Of a stretch of 64,000 nt of DNA, positions 19,002-29,069 are shown in pieces. The notes below the pieces were generated by a model. It was not told the DNA's origin. It saw nothing but the letters and a program-made list of their open reading frames with translations, and searched no databases. Every line of letters begins with the position of its first letter. Within the stretch, counting starts at the first letter, position 1. A program made the translations under genes and the position numbers. The stretch spans positions 2,450 to 66,449 of the forward strand of contig CAZBZO010000002.1 of NCBI GenBank assembly GCA_964496425.1. Reading direction: 5' to 3'. The stretch is from an uncultured Candidatus Saccharibacteria bacterium. GTDB lineage: Bacteria; Patescibacteriota; Minisyncoccia; Phycocordibacterales; UBA9973.

Positions 19002-20189
19002 GTGGCTGTATGTTACACTACGGTATCTATGAGCAATACCCCAAAGATCCTATCCGGTAAAACGTATCTGTATATCTTTTTGTGTATATGCGTGGCGCTT
19101 GCGCTTTTTCTTGTTTTAAATCACACCAGCGTGCTTGGCGAAAAATACGATTCTACTATTCCAGTAGTGCTCGGAGATACGGAAGCAAAGACAAAAAAAG
19201 ATAAAATCGTTCTTCCAAAATATGTGCCGCTCGATAAAGATTTGTATGATAAAAAAATCATCGAGCTGGCCAATCATTATTTTCCACCTGAGCCTGCAGT
19301 AGTGGAGCCGGTCCCATCTGCTGATGGGACCGTACCTGTCGCTCCGCCAGCCAAAGTTGTCCCACCACCCCTTTGGCCGCCAAAAACTGTCTATCCAAAA
19401 GACGGAGCCATCTTGCCTTTCAACCGCATCGTTGCGTACTACGGTAATTTTTATTCCACCAAAATGGGAGCGCTCGGCGAATACGAGGAAGATGTTATGC
19501 TGGCCAAACTCGATGCAGAAGTAAAGCGCTGGACTGCGGCTGATCCATCTACGCCAGCAATCCCAGCTATTCACTATATTGCACTTACGGCACAGGGAAG
19601 TCCGGGCGCTGACGGTATGTATCGCTTTCGTATGCCCAAGGAGCAAATCGACATCGCCCTTCGAATGGCTGAGAAAATACACGGCATTGTCTTTTTAGAT
19701 ATTCAAGTCGGGCTCAGCACTGTACAAAAAGAAGTTGAAGTGCTTGAACCGTATCTCAAACTCCCCAACGTTCACCTCGGTATAGACCCAGAGTTTGCTA
19801 TGAAAAATGGCGCAAAGCCTGGTACGGTGATCGGTACTGTAGATGCGAGTGAAATAAACGCTGTTGCGGCATACCTAGCGCGTCTCGTGCAGGAAAACGA
19901 TTTGCCTCCAAAAATATTGATTATTCATCGTTTCACGCAAAGAATGGTAACCAATGCCGAGCTGATCGAGCCCTTGCCTGAAGTCCAAGTAGTCATGGAC
20001 ATGGATGGATGGGGATCGCAAGCAAAGAAGAAAGGCACGTATCGCCAGGTCATATATCCTGAGCCAGTGCAGTTTACAGGCTTTAAAATTTTCTACAAAA
20101 ATGATCTGAAAGAGCCAAGCACAGGGCTCCTTACACCTGAGGATCTTCTCCAGCTCGAGCCGCGCCCGATCTATATTCAGTATCAGTAG
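19002..20189 (+). CDS. hypothetical secreted protein
   Basis: 395 aa, N-terminal TM/signal, Pro-rich linker, no confident domain call. Confidence 0.4.
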   Translation: MAVCYTTVSMSNTPKILSGKTYLYIFLCICVALALFLVLNHTSVLGEKYDSTIPVVLGDTEAKTKKDKIVLPKYVPLDKDLYDKKIIELANHYFPPEPAVVEPVPSADGTVPVAPPAKVVPPPLWPPKTVYPKDGAILPFNRIVAYYGNFYSTKMGALGEYEEDVMLAKLDAEVKRWTAADPSTPAIPAIHYIALTAQGSPGADGMYRFRMPKEQIDIALRMAEKIHGIVFLDIQVGLSTVQKEVEVLEPYLKLPNVHLGIDPEFAMKNGAKPGTVIGTVDASEINAVAAYLARLVQENDLPPKILIIHRFTQRMVTNAELIEPLPEVQVVMDMDGWGSQAKKKGTYRQVIYPEPVQFTGFKIFYKNDLKEPSTGLLTPEDLLQLEPRPIYIQYQ

Positions 20190-20190
20190 T

Positions 20191-20862
20191 ATGAAATCAA
20201 AACATATCGTTATATATTCGCATGGCTTCGGTGTCCAAAAAGATGATGATGGACTTTTTACCGATATTTCAAAGGCACTTAAGGAAGATGGTATCCAATC
20301 AGTATTATTTGACTACTTTGAATACCATTCTGATACAAAAGAACTTCTTACAACTCCATTCAGTGATCAAGTGAAAAAATTAGCAGAAGTCATAAAGATG
20401 ACCCGGGAAGAAAATCCTGATGCACGAATCAGTATTATTGGTCATTCCCAAGGTTGTATTATTCCAACCTTATGTAATTTAGAGGGAGTTGAAAGGATTA
20501 TTGCAATTTCTCCTTTTTTCCATACTGACATGAGCGAAGTGTTAAAGCGTTATACTAAAAATGCCAATAATCATATTGAACTAACAGGAATTTCTCGCAG
20601 ATATCGATCAAACGGTAGTGTGACTGTTATTCCTCCCGAATATTGGCAAGAGCGTTTTGCGACCGACGTAATTGCACTCTATAATCGCATGGCTTTAGAA
20701 ATAGAATTCACGACAATATATGGACTTAATGATGAAATAATGAGTTTTAGTGATTTTAATAAATTGAAATACGTCCGTATGATTAATACCGATGGAGATC
20801 ATAATTTTTCAAAAAGTCATCGCTCTGATCTTATTGCTCTTATACGGAAAGAACTTCTCTAA
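20191..20862 (+). CDS. alpha/beta-hydrolase (esterase/lipase-like)
   Basis: GHSQG nucleophile elbow (GxSxG), 223 aa. Confidence 0.6.
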   Translation: MKSKHIVIYSHGFGVQKDDDGLFTDISKALKEDGIQSVLFDYFEYHSDTKELLTTPFSDQVKKLAEVIKMTREENPDARISIIGHSQGCIIPTLCNLEGVERIIAISPFFHTDMSEVLKRYTKNANNHIELTGISRRYRSNGSVTVIPPEYWQERFATDVIALYNRMALEIEFTTIYGLNDEIMSFSDFNKLKYVRMINTDGDHNFSKSHRSDLIALIRKELL

Positions 20863-20924
20863 CTAGTACTCGCAGTAACTCCTAAAAAGAATTTCTCGTA
20901 GTATTCATGGTAAAATAGGATGTT

Positions 20925-21887
20925 ATGAAATCAATACATATATCTCTCGGAGCATGGTTTATTTTAGCTCTCATTAGTGTGCCGCTTTGTACATTCGCAT
21001 CTCATACAAGTAGTAGTACAGACAAGAAAGTAAATAGTCTAAGTAAAAGCGCGGTGGATCAATTCCCCGTACCCATACTGCTTGGAGTAGAGCCAGGTCA
21101 TTTTTCTGATACCTGGGGCGATGCCCGCTCTTCCGGCCGCACGCATGAAGGTACCGATATTCTGGCGCCTCTAAATGCGTTTATTGCCAGTCCCACCGAA
21201 GCTGTGGTGACATCGATCGGCACGAGCACGCTTGGCGGCAACTACGTCTACACAGCCAATCCTGGCAAAGAACGTTTTTACTATGCACATTTGGATCACA
21301 TTGCAGAAGGACTCAAAGTAGGTACTGAGCTTGAGGTTGGAGATCTTATTGGCTATGTTGGTAATTCTGGCAATGCCTCGGGCGGTCCGACCCATCTTCA
21401 CTTTGGTATTTATCATGGCAGCGAAGCTGTCAATCCATTTTCTCGGATGGATCGTATTTTTACTTTGAAAAATCGTATCGAAAGCATAGAGAAAATTCTT
21501 GAAAATAGTGATGATGCTCAAGCACTAGCCCAAACACTGACTGAAAGTTATCGCAGTCTCTTTCTTCAAGCAAAAACACTTTCTATTGCTTTGCCGGATG
21601 ATATCGAAACAGCACTTGGCGGGGGATTCCTGGCTGGTTCGATCGGTCCAGCCCGTGATTTGTCGCTTAATATGTCAGGTGACGATGTTAAATGGCTCCA
21701 GCAATTCCTTGTGGCAGAAAATAAAGGACAAAAAGCTCTCGCATTGGCTTCTCTTCCTTTGACCGGATACTATGGTTCGTATACGCAAGCAGCACTTGCT
21801 GAATATCAAGCCAGTGTTGGTATTTCACCGGCCTCTGGATCCTATGGTCCCATCACTCGTGCCTACTTTCGATCAATAGGGCATTAG
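20925..21887 (+). CDS. M23-family peptidoglycan endopeptidase with C-terminal peptidoglycan-binding domain
   Basis: HEGTDI and HLHFGIY (HxH) M23 motifs; C-terminal GYYGSYTQAALAEYQASVGI PG-binding-like repeat; signal peptide. Confidence 0.7.
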   Translation: MKSIHISLGAWFILALISVPLCTFASHTSSSTDKKVNSLSKSAVDQFPVPILLGVEPGHFSDTWGDARSSGRTHEGTDILAPLNAFIASPTEAVVTSIGTSTLGGNYVYTANPGKERFYYAHLDHIAEGLKVGTELEVGDLIGYVGNSGNASGGPTHLHFGIYHGSEAVNPFSRMDRIFTLKNRIESIEKILENSDDAQALAQTLTESYRSLFLQAKTLSIALPDDIETALGGGFLAGSIGPARDLSLNMSGDDVKWLQQFLVAENKGQKALALASLPLTGYYGSYTQAALAEYQASVGISPASGSYGPITRAYFRSIGH

Positions 21888-21903
21888 TAGAATAGACTTT
21901 TTA

Positions 21904-21932
21904 TTGACAAAGAAAGACTTTTTTGCTATAGT
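21904..21932 (+). promoter_or_regulatory. sigma70-like promoter (TTGACA-17-TATAGT)
   Basis: consensus -35 and near-consensus -10 with 17-nt spacer, ~110 nt upstream of helicase gene. Confidence 0.5.
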
Positions 21933-22045
21933 ATAGATAGAGTATTTCTCACTCGTTTTCGTTTTTGAAGTAATCCTTTATAAACAAATTCTAAAGCGAA
22001 CTGGATTTGATTCCTCCGCGCGCGAGACGACTCCTAATAATAAGT

Positions 22046-23239
22046 ATGCAACCAAAACGCACTTTTTCGCGTCCCAAGTTTGGGGCACCCCGTAGGCCTC
22101 GTGGACATGCTGCACCATCTCGTGGTCGCGGCAAGTCAGATCATTTGAATCCTGCGCTATTTATCAACAAAGCAGTCATTGTCGAGGAAGCTGATCACTT
22201 TATACCGGAGCATCGCTTCGAGGATTTTGTTATTCACGAAGCACTCAAGAAAAACATCATCACCAAAAAATATACGGCACCGACTCCGATTCAGGATCGG
22301 GCTATTCCGCATATTTTACAAGGTCGCGATGTTGTGGGTATCGCTAACACCGGTACTGGTAAAACTGCAGCCTTTCTTATTCCGCTTATCCATAAAGTAC
22401 TGACGCACAAAGATGAACGCATTTTGATCGTCGTGCCAACACGTGAGCTTGCGATTCAGATCAATCAAGAGCTTAAGACCCTCGCGCCACACCTCGGCAT
22501 TTATTCAGTGTGTTGCGTTGGTGGGGCACCGATCGGAGGACAAATCAAGGAACTCAAGTTTACCAATCAATTCATTATTGGTACTCCAGGTCGTCTCAAA
22601 GATTTGCTCGAACGCAAATGTCTTGATCTTTCTCATACCGGCACCGTCGTGCTTGACGAAGCAGATCGGATGCTTGATATGGGCTTCATCGGGGATATGC
22701 GTTTTCTAATGACGAAAATGCCCCCGATTCGCCATACGCTTTTCTTTTCAGCGACCATGAATCCGACTATCGAAAAACTTATTCATGAATTTCTTCGCGA
22801 TCCAGTTTCTATTTCGGTTAAAACCCAAGACACTGCCAAAAACGTTGATCAAGATATTGTCAAAATGAAAGCAGGGGAAGACAAGGTGGATGCTCTCGTT
22901 GCGCTTTTGAAACAACCAGAATTTAAAAAAGTACTCATCTTCGGCCGCACTAAGCATGGTGTCGAACGTCTTTCGGTCGCACTTCTTAAAAAGGGATTCA
23001 AAGCTGAGTCTATTCACGGCAACAAAAATCACAATCAACGCCAGCGTGCACTTTCATTTTTCAAAAGCGACAGCTTGCAAGTACTGGTCGCTACCGACGT
23101 AGCAGCTCGCGGACTTGATATACCAGGTGTTTCTCATGTCATCAACTTCGACATCCCTGCTACATACGAAGATTATATTCACCGCGTTGGCCGAACTGGT
23201 CGAGGGGATAAAAAAGGTAAAGCATTGACGTTCGTCTAA
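22046..23239 (+). CDS. DEAD-box ATP-dependent RNA helicase
   Basis: Q-motif/PTPIQ, Walker A AxTGTGKT, VLDEADRMLDMGF, SAT, HRVGRTGR; basic N-terminal extension (alt. start 22007). Confidence 0.9.
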   Translation: MQPKRTFSRPKFGAPRRPRGHAAPSRGRGKSDHLNPALFINKAVIVEEADHFIPEHRFEDFVIHEALKKNIITKKYTAPTPIQDRAIPHILQGRDVVGIANTGTGKTAAFLIPLIHKVLTHKDERILIVVPTRELAIQINQELKTLAPHLGIYSVCCVGGAPIGGQIKELKFTNQFIIGTPGRLKDLLERKCLDLSHTGTVVLDEADRMLDMGFIGDMRFLMTKMPPIRHTLFFSATMNPTIEKLIHEFLRDPVSISVKTQDTAKNVDQDIVKMKAGEDKVDALVALLKQPEFKKVLIFGRTKHGVERLSVALLKKGFKAESIHGNKNHNQRQRALSFFKSDSLQVLVATDVAARGLDIPGVSHVINFDIPATYEDYIHRVGRTGRGDKKGKALTFV

Positions 23240-23245
23240 ATTATC

Positions 23246-23285
23246 AAACAAACAAAGCCCTGCGTACGCAGGGCTTTGTTTGTTT
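23246..23285. terminator. 40-bp perfect palindrome / bidirectional rho-independent terminator
   Basis: aaacaaacaaagccctgcgtacgcagggctttgtttgttt; A-run upstream and T-run downstream, immediately after helicase stop. Confidence 0.75.
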
Positions 23286-23337
23286 CACTAAGTGACTTTG
23301 CTATACTGTAGACATTATTTAATAGCAGGTAAGGTAT

Positions 23338-24375
23338 ATGGATAAAAATCTACTCAAAACAACAGCACAAGCTCTGGTCGCAAAAGGCAAAGGGATTTTA
23401 GCAGCAGATGAAAGTATCAGCACGTGTAATGCGCGGTTTAAAAAAGTCGGTATTCCAGAGACGGAAGAAGTAAGGCGCGATTGGCGAGAGCTTCTCTTAG
23501 CGGCACCGGGGATAGAGCAATATGTTTCGGGCGTTATTTTATTTGATGAGACGATCCGCCAATCGACTGCGAGCGGCATTCCATTTTCTAAATTATTGAG
23601 TGACAAAGAAATTTTACCCGGCATTAAAGTGGATAAAGGAGCGATCCCGTTTCCCGGACATCCTGGCGAACTTTTTACCGAGGGCTTGGATGGTTTGCGG
23701 CAGCGATTTGCTGAATATGCTACTTTAGGAGCGCGATTTTCAAAGTGGCGAATAGTGGTGACATTTGATACGGCACATAATATTCCTTCTGAAACAGTTA
23801 TGCGAGCGAATGCAGTAGGCCTTGCCATGTATGCGCTCTTGGCGCAAGAAGCAGGTATCGTGCCACTCGTTGAACCAGAAGTTCTGCATGATGCACTTAT
23901 GTTTCCGGGACAAATCGCTACGCATTCGATCGAGACAGCTGAAGCGGCCAGTGCTCGCATGCTAACTATTCTTTTCGAGGAACTCAATCGCTACGGTGTC
24001 TATCTTCCAGGTGCAATCTTAAAAACAAGCATGGTTGTACCGGGTAAAGACAGCGGAGTCCCAATTGATACTAACGAAACCGCCAAGCGTACATCAGAGC
24101 TTCTAAAAAATATTGTTCCAAAAGATCTCGGTGGTGTGGTATTTCTCTCTGGTGGGCAATCCTCCGATGATTCAGTCAAAAATTTGAACGCAATTGCAAA
24201 ACTTGGGCCGTATCCGTGGGGACTTACGTATTCGTTTGGTCGTGGTATTCAGCAGCCCGCACTTGATTATTGGAAAGGAGAAGCCGGAAATATTGAAGGA
24301 TCTCGTGCGCTGTATTTGGCGCGTCTCAAGGAATCAAGCGATGCTTCGGTAGGTATGTACTCACCAGAAGTGTAA
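23338..24375 (+). CDS. fba: fructose-bisphosphate aldolase, class I
   Basis: GILAADES N-terminal signature and Schiff-base Lys region of class I FBA; 345 aa. Confidence 0.85.
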   Translation: MDKNLLKTTAQALVAKGKGILAADESISTCNARFKKVGIPETEEVRRDWRELLLAAPGIEQYVSGVILFDETIRQSTASGIPFSKLLSDKEILPGIKVDKGAIPFPGHPGELFTEGLDGLRQRFAEYATLGARFSKWRIVVTFDTAHNIPSETVMRANAVGLAMYALLAQEAGIVPLVEPEVLHDALMFPGQIATHSIETAEAASARMLTILFEELNRYGVYLPGAILKTSMVVPGKDSGVPIDTNETAKRTSELLKNIVPKDLGGVVFLSGGQSSDDSVKNLNAIAKLGPYPWGLTYSFGRGIQQPALDYWKGEAGNIEGSRALYLARLKESSDASVGMYSPEV

Positions 24376-24414
24376 GATTGAGTTTGTTGCCGCACTTTCT
24401 CGTCTATTTGAAAT

Positions 24415-25308
24415 ATGAAAAAAACCTATCTTTTCCTTTTGCTTTGTATTGTAATGAGTGGTTTTTCTCTGCGATCTGCCAGCGCCGCTCCACTTTCAAA
24501 TGCCGGTTTGATCCCTGGCGACATTTGGTTTTCAGTCGCCACACCAAAAGAAGGGGAGACTATTTCTGTCTATACGCTTTTTTTTAACGGATCTTCAGCC
24601 ACCCTCTCGGGTAGTATCGAATTTTATGACAAAGGAGCTATCTTGGATGTAGCAACATTTACAGTCGGTCCCCAAGAATCTGAACAGATCTCCGTCCTTT
24701 GGCAGGTAAATGCTGGCGATCATGTGGTAAGTGCTCGAGCGATCGGTGTCGTTTCCACACCTGTGGGCGGGGGCGATGGTACCAATGTCTACCTCGAACA
24801 AAATATTACAGCCCCAAAGACATTTTTCGTTTCTCGAAGCAATTTTTCTCCCCGGCCTTCGAGTGAAACTGTAGAGCCAATCCTCAATCAAGTGGATTCG
24901 ATAGAATCAAAATTTACTGCGTGGATACCGCAGTGGCTTAAAAACAGTGTTACGAATCTTATTATGCAGCTTGAAGATTTTCGTACCGGCGTTGTGCAGG
25001 ATTATAGCATTAAAAACCTTGACGCACTCAATAAAAAAGACGTGCTTTCAACACGCGTAAGTAGCGTCGATACAGAAGGACAGGGTATTTCGCCATCGAC
25101 GAAATTTATTGAAATACCAAGTGTCTACGGAAAACTTTTTTGGGTGGCGCTCGTACTCTTTGTTTTCAGCTCGCAATTCGTTTTTTACGGCTTAAGTATC
25201 TTACTCGTAGTATTTTTTGTGGATCGGATCATCAATGGCATAAAAAAAATCTCAGGGCGATTCCATGCGCAGCCTGTACCCAAAACGTATAAAAGCCTCA
25301 AATCATAG
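24415..25308 (+). CDS. hypothetical protein with signal peptide and C-terminal TM
   Basis: 297 aa ORF; no recognised domain. Confidence 0.4.
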   Translation: MKKTYLFLLLCIVMSGFSLRSASAAPLSNAGLIPGDIWFSVATPKEGETISVYTLFFNGSSATLSGSIEFYDKGAILDVATFTVGPQESEQISVLWQVNAGDHVVSARAIGVVSTPVGGGDGTNVYLEQNITAPKTFFVSRSNFSPRPSSETVEPILNQVDSIESKFTAWIPQWLKNSVTNLIMQLEDFRTGVVQDYSIKNLDALNKKDVLSTRVSSVDTEGQGISPSTKFIEIPSVYGKLFWVALVLFVFSSQFVFYGLSILLVVFFVDRIINGIKKISGRFHAQPVPKTYKSLKS

Positions 25309-25348
25309 GAATTTTTGGTTTTTATGTCGATAAGCGTATAATGCCGAT

Positions 25349-25609
25349 ATGGACCTTACTCGCCTTGGCGTATTTTTCTTACTTATTTTGGGGGTCTTTT
25401 TCCTGCCATTTTGGATAAATATCATCCTTTGGTTAGTTTTCCTTTACTATGCTCACAACGGATATGAAGTATTATTTCTCGGCTTTTTAAGCGATGCCCT
25501 CTATGGAGAAAGCCTCGGGTACTGGCATGGGTTTTCGGTGGTTACGCTTGCGCTCGCTGCACTACTTTGTATTGGTATGAATGTACTTAAAACACGCCTC
25601 ATTCGATAA
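25349..25609 (+). CDS. small multi-pass membrane protein (possibly MreD-like, immediately upstream of PBP2)
   Basis: 86 aa, three hydrophobic helices; position before mrdA-like gene is where mreD usually sits. Confidence 0.3.
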   Translation: MDLTRLGVFFLLILGVFFLPFWINIILWLVFLYYAHNGYEVLFLGFLSDALYGESLGYWHGFSVVTLALAALLCIGMNVLKTRLIR

Positions 25610-25614
25610 AATGT

Positions 25615-27318
25615 ATGATTTTTAAATTTTTTAAAAAAAATAAATATCGCGGACGGCAAGCTGAAGTGGCGCCTGATGAAATCTTTCTGGATTCGAAAAA
25701 TCTACCTGCGTTCAACCGCCAGCAATTTGAAGGTAGTATCGAGCATCCGATTGAAAAACGCACTGTGTTATTTCTCGGAATTTTTTTTGTGATTATTGGC
25801 ATTTTATTCACCTATCGCTTGGGTGTGCTCCAAATCGCGCAAGGTGAAACATATTTTGAAAAAAGCCAAAACAATGTTCTCAATCGCGAACCAATTTTTG
25901 CAAATCGGGGAATTGTCTATGATCGCAACGGCCTCGAGTTGGTTTCCAATACCGAAAATACTGACGGAGAAGATTTTCCGTTTCGGAAATATACTGAGAG
26001 CGGTGGCTTCGCCCATATCTTGGGATATGTCAGCTATCCATCTCGCGACAAGCAGGGGTTCTATTGGCAGCCCGAATTTATCGGCAAAGCTGGTGTGGAA
26101 AAGATCTACAACACTATTCTCTCGGGACGTAATGGTTTGAAAATTCTTGAAACAGATGTTCATGGTAGTGTGCTTTCAGAAAATATGATCAATCCGCTTG
26201 TGCAAGGAGAAAATCTTACGTTGTCGATCGATAAGCGAGTGCAAGAAAAACTATTTGAATCGATACACGACGTCGCACGTGACGCCGACTATCAAGGAGC
26301 TACTGCCATGGTCATGGATGTAACCAATGGAGAGCTTATCGCGCTGACGAGCTATCCAGAATATGATCCCAATATTCTTTCAGATGGAAAAAATGAAGAA
26401 GAAATACAGAATTATCTGACAAGTACGGATCGACCATTTCTCAATCGCGCCATTGGCGGACTGTATTCTCCCGGATCAACCGTGAAGCCGTTTATTGCAC
26501 TTGGTGGCTTAGCCGAGGGTGTGATCGATCCTGAAACGGAAATAGAAAGTAGCGGTTCTATTACCATTCCAAATCCGTATTTTCCAGATTTGCCTTCGGT
26601 ATTTAAAGATTACAACCCTGATAATGGCTGGGTCGATATGCGAAAGGCACTTCAGGTGTCATCCAATATTTATTTTTATGAAATCGCCGGTGGCTTTAAA
26701 GACCAACGGGGAATCGGAATAGATAATATTGGCAAATATGCGCGGTTGTTCGGTCTTGGAGAGCGCTCTGGTATTGATTTGCCAGGCGAAGTAGAAGGGA
26801 CGATTCCATCACCACAGTGGAAAGAGAAAAATTTTCCTGGTGATCCGTGGCGTCTCGGCGATACCTATCATACGGCAATCGGACAATATGGATTTCAGGT
26901 TACTCCGATAAACATGCTCCGCGGCGTGGCAGCTATTGCAAGCTATGGCCGTCTCGTGACTCCGCACGTGAAAAAGTATGATCCGAGTATGCCCGTAGAG
27001 GAAGAGATAATTGATATGCCACATGACGATTTTCAAGTGATTCATGATGGTATGCGGCAGGTGGTAGAGCTTGGTACTGCTCGAAGCTTAAACGATTTGT
27101 CGGTGCATGTAGCTGCCAAGTCGGGAACTGCCGAGGTCGGCGTGGCAAATGAATTCATCAACTCTTGGATCATGGGTTTTTTCCCATATGAGCATCCGCG
27201 GTATGCTTTTGCTGTTTTGATGGAGCGCGGACCTTCTACCAATACCGTAGGAGCACTTGCTGCCCTTAAAAATACTCTTGTCTGGATGGAGGCCAACACC
27301 CCTGAATATTTCGATTAG
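25615..27318 (+). CDS. penicillin-binding protein 2-like peptidoglycan D,D-transpeptidase
   Basis: N-terminal TM, dimerisation domain, transpeptidase motifs STVKP (SxxK), SSN, KSGTA. Confidence 0.85.
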   Translation: MIFKFFKKNKYRGRQAEVAPDEIFLDSKNLPAFNRQQFEGSIEHPIEKRTVLFLGIFFVIIGILFTYRLGVLQIAQGETYFEKSQNNVLNREPIFANRGIVYDRNGLELVSNTENTDGEDFPFRKYTESGGFAHILGYVSYPSRDKQGFYWQPEFIGKAGVEKIYNTILSGRNGLKILETDVHGSVLSENMINPLVQGENLTLSIDKRVQEKLFESIHDVARDADYQGATAMVMDVTNGELIALTSYPEYDPNILSDGKNEEEIQNYLTSTDRPFLNRAIGGLYSPGSTVKPFIALGGLAEGVIDPETEIESSGSITIPNPYFPDLPSVFKDYNPDNGWVDMRKALQVSSNIYFYEIAGGFKDQRGIGIDNIGKYARLFGLGERSGIDLPGEVEGTIPSPQWKEKNFPGDPWRLGDTYHTAIGQYGFQVTPINMLRGVAAIASYGRLVTPHVKKYDPSMPVEEEIIDMPHDDFQVIHDGMRQVVELGTARSLNDLSVHVAAKSGTAEVGVANEFINSWIMGFFPYEHPRYAFAVLMERGPSTNTVGALAALKNTLVWMEANTPEYFD

Positions 27319-27322
27319 TGCC

Positions 27323-28330
27323 ATGGTAGAAATCAAAGTAATAAACGAAAAGTACGATCAGACTGATTTTGATAATCGGGTACTACATCCGATACAATCA
27401 TGGGCCTGGGGGGAAGCTCGAAAGCAGATGGGGCATACCGTGCTCCGTTTTGGAGTATTTGAAAATAATAACTTGATCGAAGGTTATACACTTACGTTTC
27501 ATCGCGTACCAAAAACATCCTTTATGATCGGATACCTTGGCATGAGTCATATGCCTTCAGCGCTCGTTGTAGATTTTCTTGCCTCACTGAAAAAATCCCT
27601 GCCTCTCCTTTTTGTAAAAATAGAGCCCTATGTGAGAGAGCAAGATTCTCACCCTATACTTCCTGAAAATATTTCTACAAAACTGGTATTCTCTCGCCAT
27701 CCACTTTTTTTTAAGCATACCGAATGGGTGGATTTGAGAAAATCTGAAGAAGAATTGTTAGCGTCGTTTGATAAAGATGTTCGATACGATATTCGAATGG
27801 CTGCTAAAAAAGGCGTAGAAGTGCGAGAAGTAGTAGGGGAAGAGGCATTTGCAATTTTTTCCGATCTCTATTTTACAACTGTCCGGGCAAAAAAATACCA
27901 CGGCCATACTCTTTCGTATCACCATACGATCTGGCAAGCAATGTCGAAAGCAGGCATCGGCCATATTTTTGTGGCATACGTACATGAAGTTCCTATTGCA
28001 GCACATATGATATTTCATTTTGCCAACAACTTATACTATCCCTATAGTGGTTCAAATCCCAAGTTTAGGGACTTTCATGGGCCTTCAATAGCACTCTATG
28101 AAGCGATGAAATTTGGCCACAAGGTCGGTGCTACACATTTTGATCTGTGGGGGTCGGAAGGTGAGGCTACAGCAGGCCGCGTCGGATGGAAGGGCTTTAG
28201 CGACTTTAAGAAAGGATTTGGTACTGAGCATATGAAGCTTGTGGGAAGTTATGACCTTGTTTTTTCTCCAACATTGTATTTTATATATGGGCTCGCATAC
28301 CGATTGCGTCGATTTTTCCTTGCTCTCTAA
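27323..28330 (+). CDS. FemAB-family peptidoglycan interpeptide-bridge aminoacyltransferase
   Basis: ~335 aa GNAT-fold FemABX-like pattern (HPIQSWAWGE...; FKKGFG near C-term); adjacent to PBP2. Confidence 0.6.
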   Translation: MVEIKVINEKYDQTDFDNRVLHPIQSWAWGEARKQMGHTVLRFGVFENNNLIEGYTLTFHRVPKTSFMIGYLGMSHMPSALVVDFLASLKKSLPLLFVKIEPYVREQDSHPILPENISTKLVFSRHPLFFKHTEWVDLRKSEEELLASFDKDVRYDIRMAAKKGVEVREVVGEEAFAIFSDLYFTTVRAKKYHGHTLSYHHTIWQAMSKAGIGHIFVAYVHEVPIAAHMIFHFANNLYYPYSGSNPKFRDFHGPSIALYEAMKFGHKVGATHFDLWGSEGEATAGRVGWKGFSDFKKGFGTEHMKLVGSYDLVFSPTLYFIYGLAYRLRRFFLAL

Positions 28331-28364
28331 ACGTGTCGATTTTTCAATATACCCTAAGAGCCGT

Positions 28365-28393
28365 TTGACTTTTTGGTCAAAAAAGCATAGTAT
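28365..28393 (+). promoter_or_regulatory. sigma70-like promoter (TTGACT-17-TAGTAT) for greA
   Basis: -35/-10 hexamers with 17-nt spacer followed by strong SD AAGGGAG before ATG 28447. Confidence 0.45.
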
Positions 28394-28446
28394 GTACGCG
28401 CAGTCCCGAAAAGGGACTTTTATCGTTAGACTAAAGGGAGTTTTTT

Positions 28447-28914
28447 ATGGATAATACACAACAATATATCACTGTAGAAAAACGTGAAGAATTAGAAAAT
28501 GAATTAGTCGCTTTGAAAGGTCCAAAACGAAAACAAATTCTTGAGTCACTCGAGTTTGCAAAATCACTCGGCGATCTTTCTGAAAATGCTGAATACCATC
28601 AAGCCCGCGAAGAACAAGCCAAGCTCGAAGAGCGAATCGGCACAATCGAAGAAGTGCTTCGGAATTCTGAGGTAGTGAAAGCTCATAGTAGTACACAGGT
28701 TGAAGTCGGCACGACTGTCATCGTCCAGAAAGAAGGTACAAAAGAACAAAAGAAATACCAAATCGTAGGATCAGAAGAAGCCGATATGCAAAACGGTAAG
28801 ATCTCTCACCAGTCTCCACTTGGTGTGGCACTCTTTAGCAAAAAGAAAGGTGACACTGTCTCTTTCAATAGTCCTAAAGGTGCGGTACAATACAAAATAA
28901 TAGATATAGAGTAA
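28447..28914 (+). CDS. greA: transcription elongation factor GreA
   Basis: N-terminal coiled-coil with LGDLSENAEYH signature, C-terminal FKBP-like domain; 155 aa. Confidence 0.9.
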   Translation: MDNTQQYITVEKREELENELVALKGPKRKQILESLEFAKSLGDLSENAEYHQAREEQAKLEERIGTIEEVLRNSEVVKAHSSTQVEVGTTVIVQKEGTKEQKKYQIVGSEEADMQNGKISHQSPLGVALFSKKKGDTVSFNSPKGAVQYKIIDIE

Positions 28915-28921
28915 AAGCTTC

Positions 28922-29018
28922 GCAAAACGTAAAATTAGGAGCACAGATATTTGCGTGGTCGCAAATTCTTCCTGCTCGGGCCGTCGCCCTGCGCAAGTCT
29001 CCTAATTTTACATTTTGC
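28922..29018 (+). ncRNA. large structured intergenic element (20-bp inverted repeat enclosing two nested hairpins) between greA and lysS
   Basis: gcaaaacgtaaaattaggag (28922-28941) pairs with ctcctaattttacattttgc (28999-29018) with 1 mismatch; inner hairpins atttgcg-tggt-cgcaaat and gggc-cgtc-gccc. Confidence 0.35.
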
Positions 29019-29069
29019 TCCGCATAGAATTTATTCTCTTACCTATTTTACCCCTAACTACTTATTATT

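Noticed and set aside
28915-29069. T-box riboswitch upstream of lysS
   Set aside because: No T-box consensus (AATTAGGGTGGNACCGCG-like) or specifier-loop architecture is visible. Only a generic nested hairpin is present.
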